Below are positions 48,549 through 64,000 of a stretch of DNA of 64,000 nucleotides, one piece after another. A program made the translations under genes and the position numbers. Within the stretch, counting starts at the first letter, position 1. Each line of letters opens with the position of its first letter. This DNA comes from Hormiphora californensis (taxonomy: Eukaryota > Animalia > Ctenophora), in the NCBI GenBank assembly GCA_020137815.1, contig CM035360.1, positions 6,696,001 to 6,760,000 of the forward strand, written 5' to 3'. The notes under the pieces are model-generated. The model was not told the DNA's origin and made no database searches. It worked only from the letters and a program-made list of their open reading frames with translations.

Positions 48549-49355
48549 CGTGCACTAGTGCTACTATTCATTATTATTCCTAAAGCGGACATAAAGAATA
48601 TGATTATGAATCAAGAGAAAGAGAGGGAGAGAGAGAGAAAGGGTGGTAATTATCTTTTTTTACTTATATACTTTGGCGATGGGTTATGAATATGTTTAAT
48701 ATATTATTAATGTAAAAGTAAAACAAGAAGTAAAAATGCGGTGCAGTATTATGATATGATGTATAGAGCGTGAGAGTGATTAATATATTGTGTGTATCAC
48801 ACTTGAGAAATTTACCGGAGGTATCAGTCATAATATATTCTTTATTCCCCTTTTCTCCCGCTCTCACTTCTCAGACTATCTAAGTCTCACTGTCTCTTGC
48901 TCCCTTTCTTTTCCATCTTTTTTTCCTCTATCTCTACCTCTCAATCCCACTATCTCTCTGACTCCTCTGCCTCTCTCTCCCATCATCCTCTCGATATCAC
49001 ACTCAACAAGATAGGTACTACCGGGTTTATCATTATTAAGGGAAGATGCTGATTGATGTGTTACGTGGCTGGTTCAGTGTGTGTACCCCCCTGCTCTATA
49101 TACAACTTGATCTTGTTTCTATTACATGTAAACCACCGAGTTTCCATTTGTTATCCTCCCCGGGGGATGTCACTGGTCACGGTCAAAAGTAAAATATAAC
49201 GTGACGTCCCCCCCCCCCCCCCACAAAGGTGTTATACACGGTGTTATATTGCCTGCGAAGCAGGCAAGCCCCGTATGTGAGGGGATCGCCCTACGGGCGC
49301 GCGAACATGGGGGGCGCGACGTGCCCAAGGTGTTATAGCATTTAGACGTTTTTGG

Positions 49356-49628
49356 CCATAACTCAGCCATTTCTTGGCCAAATTACTTTGTCTTGGGCTT
49401 GTTGGAAAGAGGGAATCGAGCTCTTTCCATACATCCTAAGTTTAAGCAAAATGGTTAAGAAATTGCGAAGCTATGGCGCGAAACGTCTTAAAAACGCGCA
49501 TTTTGCGCCATGGCGCCGCGCATTTTGCGCAGATTTTAATTTTCACGGGCTCATTTGAAAGAGCTCAATATGCTCTTTCCAACGAGCCCAAGATGAAGCA
49601 ATTTGGCCAAGAAATGGCTGAGTTATGG
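49356..49628. repeat. Inverted repeat pair inside a dispersed (probably MITE-derived) repeat
   Basis: CCATAACTCAGCCATTTCTTGGCCAAATT at ~49356 and its reverse complement ending ~49628; the adjacent 49275-49329 segment also occurs at ~13785-13839. Confidence 0.7.
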
Positions 49629-51114
49629 TCAAAACCCGCTCTTGCACGCACGTTCATGTGCCAAAAAGTGGGTGACTTTACCGCTAACCGTTATAGCACG
49701 CCATGGCATTAAGAAGCGAGCCTCTAAAACAGGAAAATGGTTAATACTAGTATGGTCGTAAATTACCTTTCATCCCGGTCTGGAGCTGCCGACGCCGGAC
49801 AGTCGGTTGGTATATCTGCCGACCCGATCTGAGCGCACGGTGCAGTGTTGGCCACATACCTGAGTGAGATCGACGTCGCGCGCGACTGAGATCGATCTCA
49901 CATATACTCTGTCAGGCCAATGCTCTGACCACAGTTCTCGCGCGCTCCGTTGAGAGAAATGAGAATAGGGTCAGGCCAATGCTCTGACAGCATATACTGA
50001 TACATTGCGGAGCGAGAATAGGTTACAATGGAGCCAAGGTGCAGTGACAGTGCCATTGTCCCGTGTAGTGCTCAGTTTTGACTTTGAGAATCAAAATTGG
50101 GTCTGTCAGAGCACTTGGCCTGATCCTTGGGCACGTCGCGCCCTCTTTTTCGCGCGCGATTTTTCGCGAACCTCCAAGCCTGATCCTATTCTCATTTCTT
50201 TCAATTAAGCGGAGCGCCGAAGAACCGTGGTCAGATCATTTGCCTCACAGCTAGCTATCACTATCAGCTGCAGTGCAGCTCGGACCACGGTTCTCGCGAA
50301 TAGGGTCAGGCCAATGCATTGACAGACTCAAAGCCAGATCGGGACTGCGGCGCCGCCGACCCCATCTTGGCAGTAGCACTCGTGCGCTCAGATTTGAGAA
50401 TCAAATGGGGTATGGCACCGCCCGATAGGTCAGGCGAATGCTCTGGCCGCGGTTATCATTTGAAATAATAATACATTTATGACCTCATGGCCATCTCAAA
50501 TACTTAACAGTAACAGTAACACGACTGCACTCGACGCCATTGCGGCTCACAAAATGAAAGAAATGAGAATAGGGACAGGGCACTGCTCTGACAAGACAGA
50601 ACATAGACCTGTTCGGTTTCTCGAGCGAAATACCAAACGAGTCTTCTTATTAAAGACTTCTCATCCATTTATTCCGTTTCCAATATGATTTCCAAGTTGA
50701 ATTAATACTCAGATATCCAGGATGTAAAACATAAAACAAACAACATTTCACAGTTCACACTGCATTATTACACACACGAACGAGAGAGAAATGAAAAACT
50801 GATATAATGGAGTTGGATTGAAATATTTCAAATATTTTAGCTTCATATTTCACAGCTACTGGCAGTTGCTACGGTCGATTGGCGATGACAAAAACGAGGT
50901 CTCCTCTCATGCACTTTCAAATTTGTAAAAAACAGAGGCTTAAAACTTGGCTAACTCTCCTTGTTCCAATCTAGTGCAATACAACAGAAATTTCACAATT
51001 ATAAAGTGTCAATTCAGATCTCTCTGATGTAGCGTCCACACACAATTTGCCCACAGACACGGCTTGTACTAATTTGAGAAATATATGACGTCATAATATG
51101 ACGTCATATCACGT

Positions 51115-53766
51115 TCAGCAGATGTCCTCTGAGGGTGGGTCGGTGGGAGGGTCAGTCGGCATTGAGTCGTCCTCTTGTTCTGCATCTGAAACTGGTAGCA
51201 AGGGGTTAGATTGGAGGTTAGGTGAGACGTGACCTGTCTGGAGGCGACAGACCTTATTACGTTCTAACCCTCATTTACATATTTTGTAAGATAGTCGAGC
51301 TAGGATTTGATTCCCAAACGCGTGTGACTAACATCTTATCTCAAAAGCCAAAAAAGATTTGGGAAAACCTCCCCCATCTGCAGTAATTATAGCTGGCCTA
51401 GTCCTACAACACTCACCTTTATTCTCTTCTTCTAGTTGTTCCAGGAACTCCACAGCATCTTTAACAAAAGCAACATTCCTGGGCGACTGTCCGTTAACGT
51501 CTATGTTGTTAACACTGTTACCCCTCGCTAACAGTGCCTCCATTACCGGTATACTTCCAGAGATGGCGGCATAGTGGAGTGGTGTTCGGCCCTGGAATAA
51601 GGAGGGGTTAGTGAAGTGGTGTTCGGCCCTGGAATAAGGAGGGGTTAGTGAAGTGGTGTTCGGCCCTGGAATAAGGAGGGGGGAGTTAGTGAACTGGTGT
51701 TCGACCCTGGAATAAGGGGGGGGGTTAGTAGAGTAGGCATGGCTACTTCTAAGTTAGAGTTCTAACAATAAAGTGGGGTGTACTAATATAGCTGTCAATT
51801 CACCTTATCTGTCCGGGCCATGGGATCAGCCCCGGCCTCTAACAGTAGTTCAACCATCTGAAGATCCCCATTACATGCCGCAATGTGAATAGGATTCAGT
51901 CCTTCCTGAGAGAGATATGATGTTGGTTAGTAAGGGGCTGGGGACACAACACGAGTCTGTGAGAGAGATATGATGTTGGTTAGTAAGGGCGACACAACAA
52001 GAGTTCTGATTGGTTTCTGCTCTTGAAGGTAGTTTTCAAATGAACTATATCCATAAAATTTAGCTTATGGTTATAGTTCATTTGAAAGCGAAAGGTTTAA
52101 GAAGAGACACGCCACATCTGGAAGAGATATACAACAAGACATGTAAGAATTGTAGTATATTTCTGTACTAAGAAGGTAGGTAGTTTTCAAATGAACTATC
52201 TGTATATTTGGGCACTGTAGTAACCATAAAGGACTCGACACCCCACCTGCCCCACGTATTAATATATTATACCAAAACTAATTGAAATTAGTAGGCCGGA
52301 AAGGTTGCCCTATGATTTGAGCTACCTTTGCCACCGTAACATTCACGGGGTACAGACAGGGTATAACCGATGCTTCTTCTATCTTCAAAAGGGAATGTAC
52401 TGGTGCCAAAGGTAGCTCAAATCATAGGGCAACCTTTCCGGCCTACTAATTTCAATTAGTTTTGGTATAATTTGCATCATTTTTGGGATTTTTTATCCAC
52501 TTAGATGTAGTAGAACAGGTAAGGAGAGGATGGAATCGCGATTTTGCAAAATTTTCATTTTTGACGTCATTTTGACGTCATAAAATGACGTCACGTCGTT
52601 ATGACGTCGTAATGATGACGTCATATCATCGGGATGACCTAGATGAAGATACTGACCAAGTTTGAGATCGATTGGATGAGATTTGAGTCCGCTATGGCGA
52701 AAAACCCATATCGTCATATCTATTTTTAAACAGTCATAACACTTTAGACGCGTTTTAAGACCCTTATACGTCTAGTTTTGAAAATTCGCAATATAGTTTC
52801 TGAAAGTTCAGACAATTCTCTTTCCATGATATTGTCTTCGATTTTCGATTAGAATCCGTCTTCAGGGTGTAAAATGAGCTCAAAGAATTTTAGTCAGAGT
52901 CTGAAAAATGACGACTTTAAGACGTTCTGTAGGACGTTCCTGGCGATGAAAAGGGACCTCATATCGACTAATGCACACACATCCAGTAGATCTACCAGCT
53001 GTGAAAACGAGAAGTTTCTATCTCTTTTCGTTTGGCGTGAATATGGTTTATAAAAAGCGTCTCTCCTATGCGCGTACGCGCGCGCATATGTGTTACACTG
53101 AATCTAGGGCAAATGGGACCTGTCTGTAACTTCGGTTCCAGATGAGATAGAGACTTGAAATTTTAAACTGAATCAAAGACCCCAAGCCGGGTATACATTC
53201 CAAATTTCAAGTCAAACGGATGAAAGAGAGCCACGCTATAACCTTCTGAAATCTAGGTTTTCAGGCAAAACACCCATAAAACGTATAACTGCGTTTCTGG
53301 CGGCGCTTTTGGGGGGAGGGGGAATGGCAACCTTTGCGCTTGCCAGCGCAGTGATGTTCAAGGTGTGGGGAAATAGACACCTTGTTAAATAGTTTTAGTT
53401 CATTAATCGTATTTTACTATTCGAACGTTCTGGAACATGCACTGTACAATTCGAACCACGCCTCCATTTTGTAACATGCACCATGTACGTTTATTGAAGA
53501 TCTGTCAATGTCAAAGATACCACTGATCCAGTTGATTATGACGTAACAAATATCTGCAAAGATACTGATATTTTTCTTTGCAGCCCCATATCCCAGCTTT
53601 AGGGGCAGATCATGGCCCCGGATTGCAGCTACGCGAGAACAGTAGTAATACTACTGTTATCCAATATATTCATGTAACGCCGTACGCCATTTAATATATA
53701 TTCATTTGAGCTTATGTACCGATTGATATATGTACGAGCGTGTCTTTATGTACCCCCTCTCTCTCA

Positions 53767-53798
<32 letters not shown>

Positions 53799-53891
53799 CC
53801 CATACCCGTACTCATTTCCGATATTGTCCTATGTCAGAGATTAATGCTTGCAACGTTTAAGCATTTGGGAGAGTGTGTCAAGTTATGGAGC

Positions 53892-53969
<78 letters not shown>

Positions 53970-56470
53970 AGATAGAGAAAGAGAGAGAGAGAGAGCACTT
54001 GTGGACACCTTAGTTGATTGAATGTAGGGGGATTCTTTGCGATTTGAATGAATCTTGAGACATAAAGCCATCTAAAGTTGTCATTGAATTGATCTACCCT
54101 ATTCACCAATGACATTCAATGAAATACTTAGTTGAAAGTGATATCTTCCTATAGACTTGTTACTATCGATATCACATCGCTATAACAACCTTATATATAA
54201 TACCGTCCAGTTTGATATATGTACTTAGGTAGGCAGGAAACTAGAGCTTATTTTCTTCATGATCTAGATAATCTAGGTAGTTTGGATATATCCAACTTTC
54301 CAACTTACCCCTGCAGGCGAGTTTGCGTCCTCGTTATTTCGTTGCAGAATCAGGCTAACTACTGGATGTCGTCTCGCAGCCACCGCTCTGTGAATCGCTC
54401 TCTCGTTTCTCTGGAGGGGGAGTTACACGATTATCAGTATATATATATATAGGCCGCCGGTGCTTTACTATTTTGAAACTAACAGGGCCCCCAACTAACA
54501 GTTTTACTAAAACAGAGTCTAGACTTCAAACGAGCTCTAAACGTGATAGTGTGTTGCCTAATATTACTCGAGACTTCAAACTAGCTCTGGGTATTTGCTT
54601 GGTAACACCTTGCGTACAGTTACATGTGTTATATTATAGTTGTACAGGGCGCCATTGCCATGTTCACAGCCCTCCCATCAACACTACAAGACAGGCCCCT
54701 CCTCTTACTGTGGTGAAACGTAATGCGCAAAGCAAATGTACGTGCGACTGGTACGGGCGACTGGTACGGGCGTCTCATCCGGGCCCCCGTAATCCGCTGC
54801 CTTACTTCTCTTCCTTGTATACTGTTTAAACAGGCGACATATAGTAATCGTTTAATAAAATTTCTTCGATCAATAACCGTTTTACCACCTCATTTATCAA
54901 ATTCATCATCATGTACTCCCTTTTGTCAACTTCAACTCTTTACATTTATTGTAATGCATATAATATCTCAAAAAATTGTTACTTTGTCTGGACAGTTCAG
55001 ACAAGACAGAAGTCCAGTGGACTCTTTTACTTTTTTCTATTGACTGGTGGTTTTCTCAAACCACTTCCTCCAAATATGAATGATTTAGCGAGTCTCCCCA
55101 CACCCAGTTTAATCGCCGCAACCCCCCCCTGCATTACTTGCTCTCTCACCATACAACCCCCCCCCCCCTGCATTACTTGCTCTCTCACCATACAACCCCC
55201 ACTCTGTTACTTGACTTGCTCCAATGCTCTACCCTCTCTCACCGCAACCCTCTTTCACCGCTAACATTACCTTGTTTCTGATTGAGGCATCACACCCGTT
55301 ATCCAGCAGTAGTTCCACGCTTTCAATGTGCCCGTGGTATGCAGCCACGTGTAGGGGAGTATTATCTAACTATTGGAAGGAGAGGGGGTGTTATCAGAGG
55401 GGGGGGGGGGGGTGCTATTGCTACATATCTTCCAGCCCCATGGTTTGTCCCATCATGACAGACCCCTTCTGATTGTTGATTCTTGCTTACTTACAGAGTT
55501 TTGCCGGGAGGGTTCTATAGATCCCTTATCAAGTAGTATTTTCAGGGCTGTAACGTTGTTAAATCGAACTGCATCATGCATGTAGGAGTCGTTTATCTAA
55601 AATAGAATTAACTAGTATTATAACACGCTAAAAAGGAATTAGTGAGGGGAGTGGTGGTGTTCAAATTCAAATATAATTCTAAGAATTGAACTCCTGAGTC
55701 CGGGGACTTACCGCCCGCTTAATATCATGCATATTTTACATAGTTTAGTTCCCCTTCGTTTTAGCCTTTTTTAGTGTTGTTTGTTCGAACTAGCCTAAAA
55801 GCCCTTCTCAACCTTTTGGTTGTTGGATTGGTTGGTTGGTTTGGTTGGTTGGTTTTGTTCAACTGCTCACCCCCCATTTTCGTGCACGGATTTGTTTTGC
55901 GCATCTACCACATGTTAACGTGAAGTGCATGCGTCGCGTCAAAAATTAAAATATCGCATGCGCACGAGTTTGGGCCTGACCAGTTTCAATTAAAAATGGA
56001 CTTTGTAGTGTGATATGGTTAAAAGAATTAGTGAAGCGATGATGCGACTGTGGAGGCAACTTCGGGCTATAATTCTAATGGCAGGACAGCGGAAGGGACG
56101 TATAGAACCAGTACACAAGATAAGGAAATGCAGAGAGCTCAGTCTTCCCATAGTAGGACTAGCATTAACAGAAAATGAACGGAGAATAGAGATTATCGGC
56201 GAGAGACATTCTGTATAGCGATACATATGCTGATAAACTTGAATATTGTAACGAGACTGGACAACATCTGGGGTTGCTGTTATCCAGAGGGGATGTTTTT
56301 GAATTTCCCGAATTTTCCGGGAGCTGTGCTGTGCTGTTTTTGTTATAAGATTTGCTTGTTTTTAAGAATACTTTATTTCAAATCTTGTTTCAATGATTTT
56401 TTAAAGGGCTTGGGACTGGGGGTGTTGTATTACTCACCATATCTCCATCACCAAGATGTTCACTGAACAT
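51115..56470 (-). CDS. Small ankyrin-repeat protein, at least 6 exons
   Basis: Exons translate to SYMHDAVRFNN, NTPLHVAAYHGHIESVELLLDNG, LNPIHIAACNGDLQMVELLLEAGAD, GRTPLHYAAISG..DVNGQSP and an acidic tail ending SEDIC*; GT-AG boundaries in phase. Confidence 0.85.
52266..52471. repeat. Foldback hairpin / mini-MITE with ~80-bp arms
   Basis: ATTATACCAAAACTAATTGAAATTAGTAGGCCGGAAAGGTTGCCCTATGATTTGAGCTACCTTTG is inverted at 52406-52471. Confidence 0.85.
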
Positions 56471-57499
56471 TGTAGCCTTCTCTTGAAACTGTTCATTACA
56501 CCCGTGCATTATACAGTACCGCATTGATGAGGGAGGATTCATGGCTAGTGAGGGAGGAGTTATGTTATTCAACAAGGGGGAGTAGGGGAGTGCAAGTGAG
56601 GGAGATTTGGGGATTAGGGATTAGGGATTGAGGTTAGTAACTGATATCGGGTATCGGGTTAATGTGGAGAGAAATAAGTTAATCGGTATTAAACATGGTA
56701 CAAAACATAACTTCACAAACAATTTCGTTCATTTCATATCGTATTCATCCAAACCTTACTCGATTTTTGAGAAAGTACAGTGAGCATAAGAGATAAAATA
56801 GAGAGGGGGAGAATGAGAGAGCAAGAGGGGGAAGATGAGAGAGAAATAAAAAGACACAGTGTCACGAGTCTCAGTACAGATTCGACCCATGAAATTGGTA
56901 TCCGTGTAGGTACGTGACCTCCCAGTAAGCGGATAAAGCAGGTCGATGGTATATGTTATTCATTAGTCCGGTCGACCGTCGAATAGTTGCAACTTGCTCA
57001 ATATATGAGACATCCTGATGGCCAAGATGGTTCCCAGATATAATCAAATATATCTGAGATATATATTTGATTAGAAATGGCCCATCCCAGTTACATGATT
57101 TCTTAATCTTTCTCCATCTTTCTATCTCTCTCCAACTATTAGGTCCTTGCATTTGTAACTATCTCCCACCCTCGCTCCCTCTCTCTTTCTCTCCCTTCCT
57201 CTCTCTCTCTCTCTAATGCATCACTCTACTACGTGGTTCATTCTGTTACTTGCACTGTTCAATGTTCATTCTGTTACCAGCACCCATTCAAGCTCACACA
57301 TACACATGCGAACCAATATATGCACTGTTCAAGTAATTAAATCAGTCTCTCCTTTTTCTATCTCTCCACCGCTCCCCCTCTTTTTCATTCACTCTTAGTA
57401 TGTTTCTCTCCCATTTACTATATCTCCCATTGTACAATATATTCATCCCATGCCCCGTATCTCTCTGTACTGTTCGTTAAAAAAGAGTGATGATTGCTG

Positions 57500-57978
57500 T
57501 TATGAGGGAGCCTCCGTTTTAATCGTTAAACCATGCATGTTTGAGACCTCCTCCTTAAGTAAATCTTTCACCATCTTATGTTGGGCAAGGGGTCGCTTTC
57601 CTTTAAATTCCTCGGCAACTATCTGAATCTAAACGGAGGGAATTATTGAATAGTTAAACTGATTTTAAAGGAGCTTGTGATTTAATAACTTAACTTCTGA
57701 TTGCGCTTCAGCACACGAATCATGTAGTTAGGGAAGTTGTTAGGGTAATTGAGGTGGTCACGTGTGATAAAAGAGATTATTTTACTAGCTTCTAAATACT
57801 AATATACCTGAAACATAGCCCCGCATCCTCCGCTAATGTCCTCAACAGCAAGCCCCTTAACAGTTAGCCCTGCAGTCAGTTTCTCCCTAATTATCTGCTC
57901 ATTAGGAGGTGCCGCAGTTGACAGTGCTCTAATTAGTGAGACTCCCCGAGATACCAGGGTCCGGTGAAGCATTATCAT
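57500..57978 (-). CDS. BOLA3: BolA-like protein 3 (mitochondrial Fe-S maturation), 2 exons (57978-57808, 57628-57500)
   Basis: Presequence-like MLHRTLVSRGVSLIRALST, signature VEDISGGCGAMF, then EEFKGKRPLAQHKMVKDLLKEEVSNMHGLTIKT*. Missed by the ORF track because it is spliced. Confidence 0.92.
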
Positions 57979-58542
57979 CTTGAAACCTGAACAAATCCGG
58001 ATGAATTCCTGTTTTACACTTTCATACGAAGAGTCACGTGAGCGTAGTGCTGACAGCGCATCCTTTCATTGTAGTGAGGTCCGCGCGCCGCACGGTCTTG
58101 TGCGCACAGAATCGGGACAGTGGCAAATATTTGGGAGCTTGCTGCCCTTTTTTGGAAGTGTCCCTTTTTGGAGCAACGGCCAGCGAATAAAGTAATACTC
58201 ACCAATATTATATCGATAGTTGTTGGTGCAGTTATAGAGACATATGCTAGAGAAGGGAAGAGATGGGTATATCAGGGGGATAGGGTTGTCAGGTTAGATT
58301 TCATCTGTTTAGTATTTAGGGCTAAAAATCCTAAGAATAAGTAACCAAAAGATTGAGTTTTTTACAAATGTTTCCACTAATAAGTTAATCCATCATCACC
58401 CAACATATCTGCACATTGCTCAATACAATTGTACAGTTTCTGTCTCTTTTTCTCAAGAAAAGGAAGACTGCAGCAGCAGCAGTGTACACAAAAACCGGAT
58501 AGATACATAAAAGGAGGAAGATAGGGAATTATAGTCCTCTTC

Positions 58543-62444
<3,902 letters not shown>

Positions 62445-63654
62445 CTGCAGGGGGGATGGAGTTGAAGGGAAGAGAAATATTGATCTGTAGCTGTTCGGAA
62501 GAAGAGATGTAGAGAAGGGAAGAGGGATTTGGAATGGTGGGAGATGGAGAAGGGAGGTATAAGAGACAGGGAGAGGGAAAGAGAGAACACCAGAGTTAGG
62601 TATTGGGCAATGCAATATATGTTACCCAAATTCGAATGATTGCCTTCAAAATTTGTCTAGAATATGATACTTGTGACAAGAAATGATTGATATCTCTTCA
62701 AATATAACTTCATTTTAATACTCTAGAACTTCATACGAATATTCATTGCTCAATAACAGTTGACAGTCTTTGGGCGGGGGAGAGTTCTTGATAAAAACCA
62801 GCTGCTAATGTCTTTGCTACCCCTGTTTTTTGGACACCAACTCGTGCCTCGGTGCGATTCAACCACCCTCTCTCTCACTCTTTGGTGTTCTCCACTAATT
62901 TGATTGCTAGATTTGACTTAATCCAATGTAATGAAGACGCCGTAAATACAACGAGAAAGAGAGAGGGGAGGGAAGGGAGCGAGAGGAGAGGGAGAATAGA
63001 TAGAGAAAGAGGGAGAAATAGAGAAAGAGGGTCGGTCGTTGGCTCGATAACATCTTCACTTAGTTTAGTAAAACAACAGCTCCTTTTATTTTTGCAACAA
63101 AACGCAAAATATTTTCCCTCTCTTTTTATCAAAGTACAGCTGATATATATATATATATATTACCTTCAAGTTTGATGCTGAGATTTTTTAGCAACTTAAC
63201 TATTTAACTTAACTTTTCTTCTATATCTGTATCTTGTCGCTTGAGAAATTTTCTCAAATGTCAACATTATTGGCTGGTATGTGTTTCTTTATTTCAGTTC
63301 GGGAGAAGAGTGGTTAATTGTCAAACTAAATTTCAACGTACAACTCAGTACTTAGTTTTCTTCATGATCTCTCCCACCCCAGATAAAATATTTCGTATGC
63401 GACCTGTCAACTCAAGTACCCATCATATTCTTATCATGTCCCAACCAATCACAACCTCTTCTTCTTTTTCTTCTAGACTGTATCCCCGACCTCGCGGATA
63501 ACTAACCATTCAGTTTTCTTCATATAATCTCCCAACCCAGATAAAATATTTCTTGAAGCGTATGCGACCTGTCAACTCAAGTACCCATCATATTCTTATC
63601 ATGTCCCAACCAATCCCAACATCTTCTTCTTTTCTTTTATCCCTTATTTTTCTT

Positions 63655-64000
63655 CTATCCACCTTGTTGCTAGGTAACTAACCGACCCACCTTGTTGCTA
63701 GACAACTAACCTCCCCACATTGTTGCTAGGTAACTAACCGCCCCACCTTGTTGCTAGGTAACTAACCGACCCACCTTGTTGCTAGGTAACTAACTGATCC
63801 ACCTTGTTGCTAGGTAACTAACCGACCCAGCTTGTTGCTAGGTAACTAGCCGACCCACCTTGTTGCTAGGTAACTAACCGACCCACTTTGTTGCTAGGTA
63901 ACTAACCTCCCCGCCTTGTTGCTAGGTAACTAACCAACCCACCTTGTTGCTAGGTAACTAACCAACCCACCTTGTTGCTAGGTAACTAACCGACCCACCT
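63655..64000. repeat. 28-bp minisatellite (about 12 copies, runs off the window)
   Basis: CCCACCTTGTTGCTAGGTAACTAACCGA repeated head-to-tail with no spacers. Confidence 0.93.

Noticed and set aside
63655-64000. 28-bp repeat array resembling CRISPR
   Set aside because: Head-to-tail units with no unique spacers, eukaryotic intron, no cas genes: a minisatellite.

Overview
Eukaryotic (metazoan-type, intron-rich, AG-microsatellite-rich; possibly a ctenophore or other invertebrate, not provable from the sequence) 64 kb window. + strand, closely spaced spliced genes: a secreted stand-alone cathepsin-propeptide (I29) inhibitor, an SLC49A4/DIRC2-like MFS transporter, splicing factor SF1/BBP and ZMYND8 (PHD-Bromo-PWWP-MYND). 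- strand, converging on them: DLAT (PDH E2, partial), BOLA3 and an ankyrin-repeat gene. Introns carry many mobile elements: two Tc1/mariner-type MITEs with TA TSDs, a 5'-truncated CR1/L2-type LINE, and a three-level nest in a ZMYND8 intron (7.8 kb TIR element with 8-bp TSD > 458-bp tandem array > apparently full-length CR1/L2-type LINE). The standout is that LINE: its ORF1 fuses an AlkB-like 2OG-Fe(II) dioxygenase domain with intact catalytic motifs to an SGNH esterase, and its ORF2 has a hydrophobic N-terminal leader and a 2A-like NPGP motif ahead of the endonuclease and reverse transcriptase. About 31.5-33.0 kb looks like low-accuracy consensus. Exon boundaries were read by eye and are approximate.
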